A DNA stretch of 60,529 nucleotides, the filler included, from Basidioascus undulatus (lineage: Eukaryota), in the NCBI GenBank assembly GCA_000826855.1. It is 5 parts of 5 records of this genome, joined end to end, with 100 filler letters (N's around TTAATTAATTAA, not from the genome) between each part and the next. Parts side by side here need not be neighbours in the genome. Positions count along the whole stretch, not along the records: positions 48,506 to 60,529 come from JTLS01000959.1; 4 more parts are not named here. One strand, 5' to 3'. The position numbers and the translations under genes were made by a program. Positions 59,920 to 60,529 of this stretch are shown one piece after another; the stretch's first letter is position 1, and each line of letters opens with the position of its first letter. Under the pieces are notes generated by a model. The model searched no databases. It saw nothing but the letters and a program-made list of their open reading frames with translations, and was not told the DNA's origin.

Positions 59920-60529
59920 ATGGCGACGGAGCAACCTCAGGTGCTCTGGTACGGCCACCTCGCGCCCCCGACGCCCGGCGCGGAGGTCGACTGCGTGCGC
60001 TTCACAAAGCCTGTGCGCGTGTCGAGCTTGCGCATTGTACCGCAGGGGCAGATGCTGTTCAAGGGAGGGGATGCTGGGTGCGTGGAAAGCCTGGCGATAA
60101 GGGGTTGTTGGCGGAAGCGCTGATATGCGATGGATGGACAGGACGACCTCGCCCTCGTCCTTCTCGCTCGAACTCCTGTTCCACGTCTCCGGGCCGAAGA
60201 CATCCCCCGCGCTTCAGGGGCGCACGGGCAACTCCCTCGCGCCGACATGGGTCGAGTATGACGAGGAGGAGGGTCTGCGCGAGTGGGACGTGCCCATGCC
60301 CGAAGATGTGCGTGCGGTTTCTCTGGTTTGCCCAACGCCGGCGTTGGGTGCTGAAGCCCTCCAGCAGGTCGCTACCCGGCTCCTCATCGTCCGCGGCGCA
60401 TTCGAGCACCTCACCATAGCGATATACGGCTATCCCGCTGCACCGCCCACGCCCGCACCCGCGCCTTCACCCGTCCCCCAACCCCGCGCTACAGCATCCT
60501 CCACCGTCTCGCTCCAACCCACTCCCGCC
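59920..60529 (+). CDS. Virilizer (VIRMA/Vir1)-like protein, N-terminal VIR_N domain (3' end beyond the window)
   Basis: Three spliced exons: VDCVRFTKPVRVSSLRIVPQG, GTTSPSSFSLELLF...VEYDEEEG and VATRLLIVRGAFEHLTIAIYG. Confidence 0.72.

Overview
This is eukaryotic, GC-rich, intron-dense fungal DNA. Gene content and short GT-AG introns with CTRAC-type branch points point to a basidiomycete (inference). The window is not one locus: five contigs of 12029, 12026, 12026, 12024 and 12024 bp are joined by four identical artificial 100-bp linkers (N44-TTAATTAATTAA-N44), so adjacency across linkers is meaningless. Apparently intact genes: a Rab18-like GTPase, mitoribosomal uS10m (partial) and mS45, tRNA-Val(AAC), an RNase III-dsRBD protein, a 2-hydroxyacid dehydrogenase, an F-box-like protein, COG7, a PP4R1-like HEAT protein, a divergent CYP504 / homogentisate dioxygenase pair, a Pol mu-like X-family polymerase, and contig-truncated RNF126-like, NST1-like and virilizer-like genes. 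About ten broken or truncated genes are also present (MFS, carboxylesterase, GABA transaminase, BTB, FAX/metaxin-like GST, F-box, GNAT-like, MYND, eIF4G 3' fragment, HSP78 5' fragment fused to unrelated sequence), plus degenerate transposon-like DNA. The most interesting signals are a box C/D snoRNA hidden in an mS45 intron, the CYP504-hmgA catabolic pair, a VIR_N gene, and the duplicated or chimeric gene fragments. All family calls are by-eye motif recognition, not database searches. I found no evidence for a wholly new multi-gene system.
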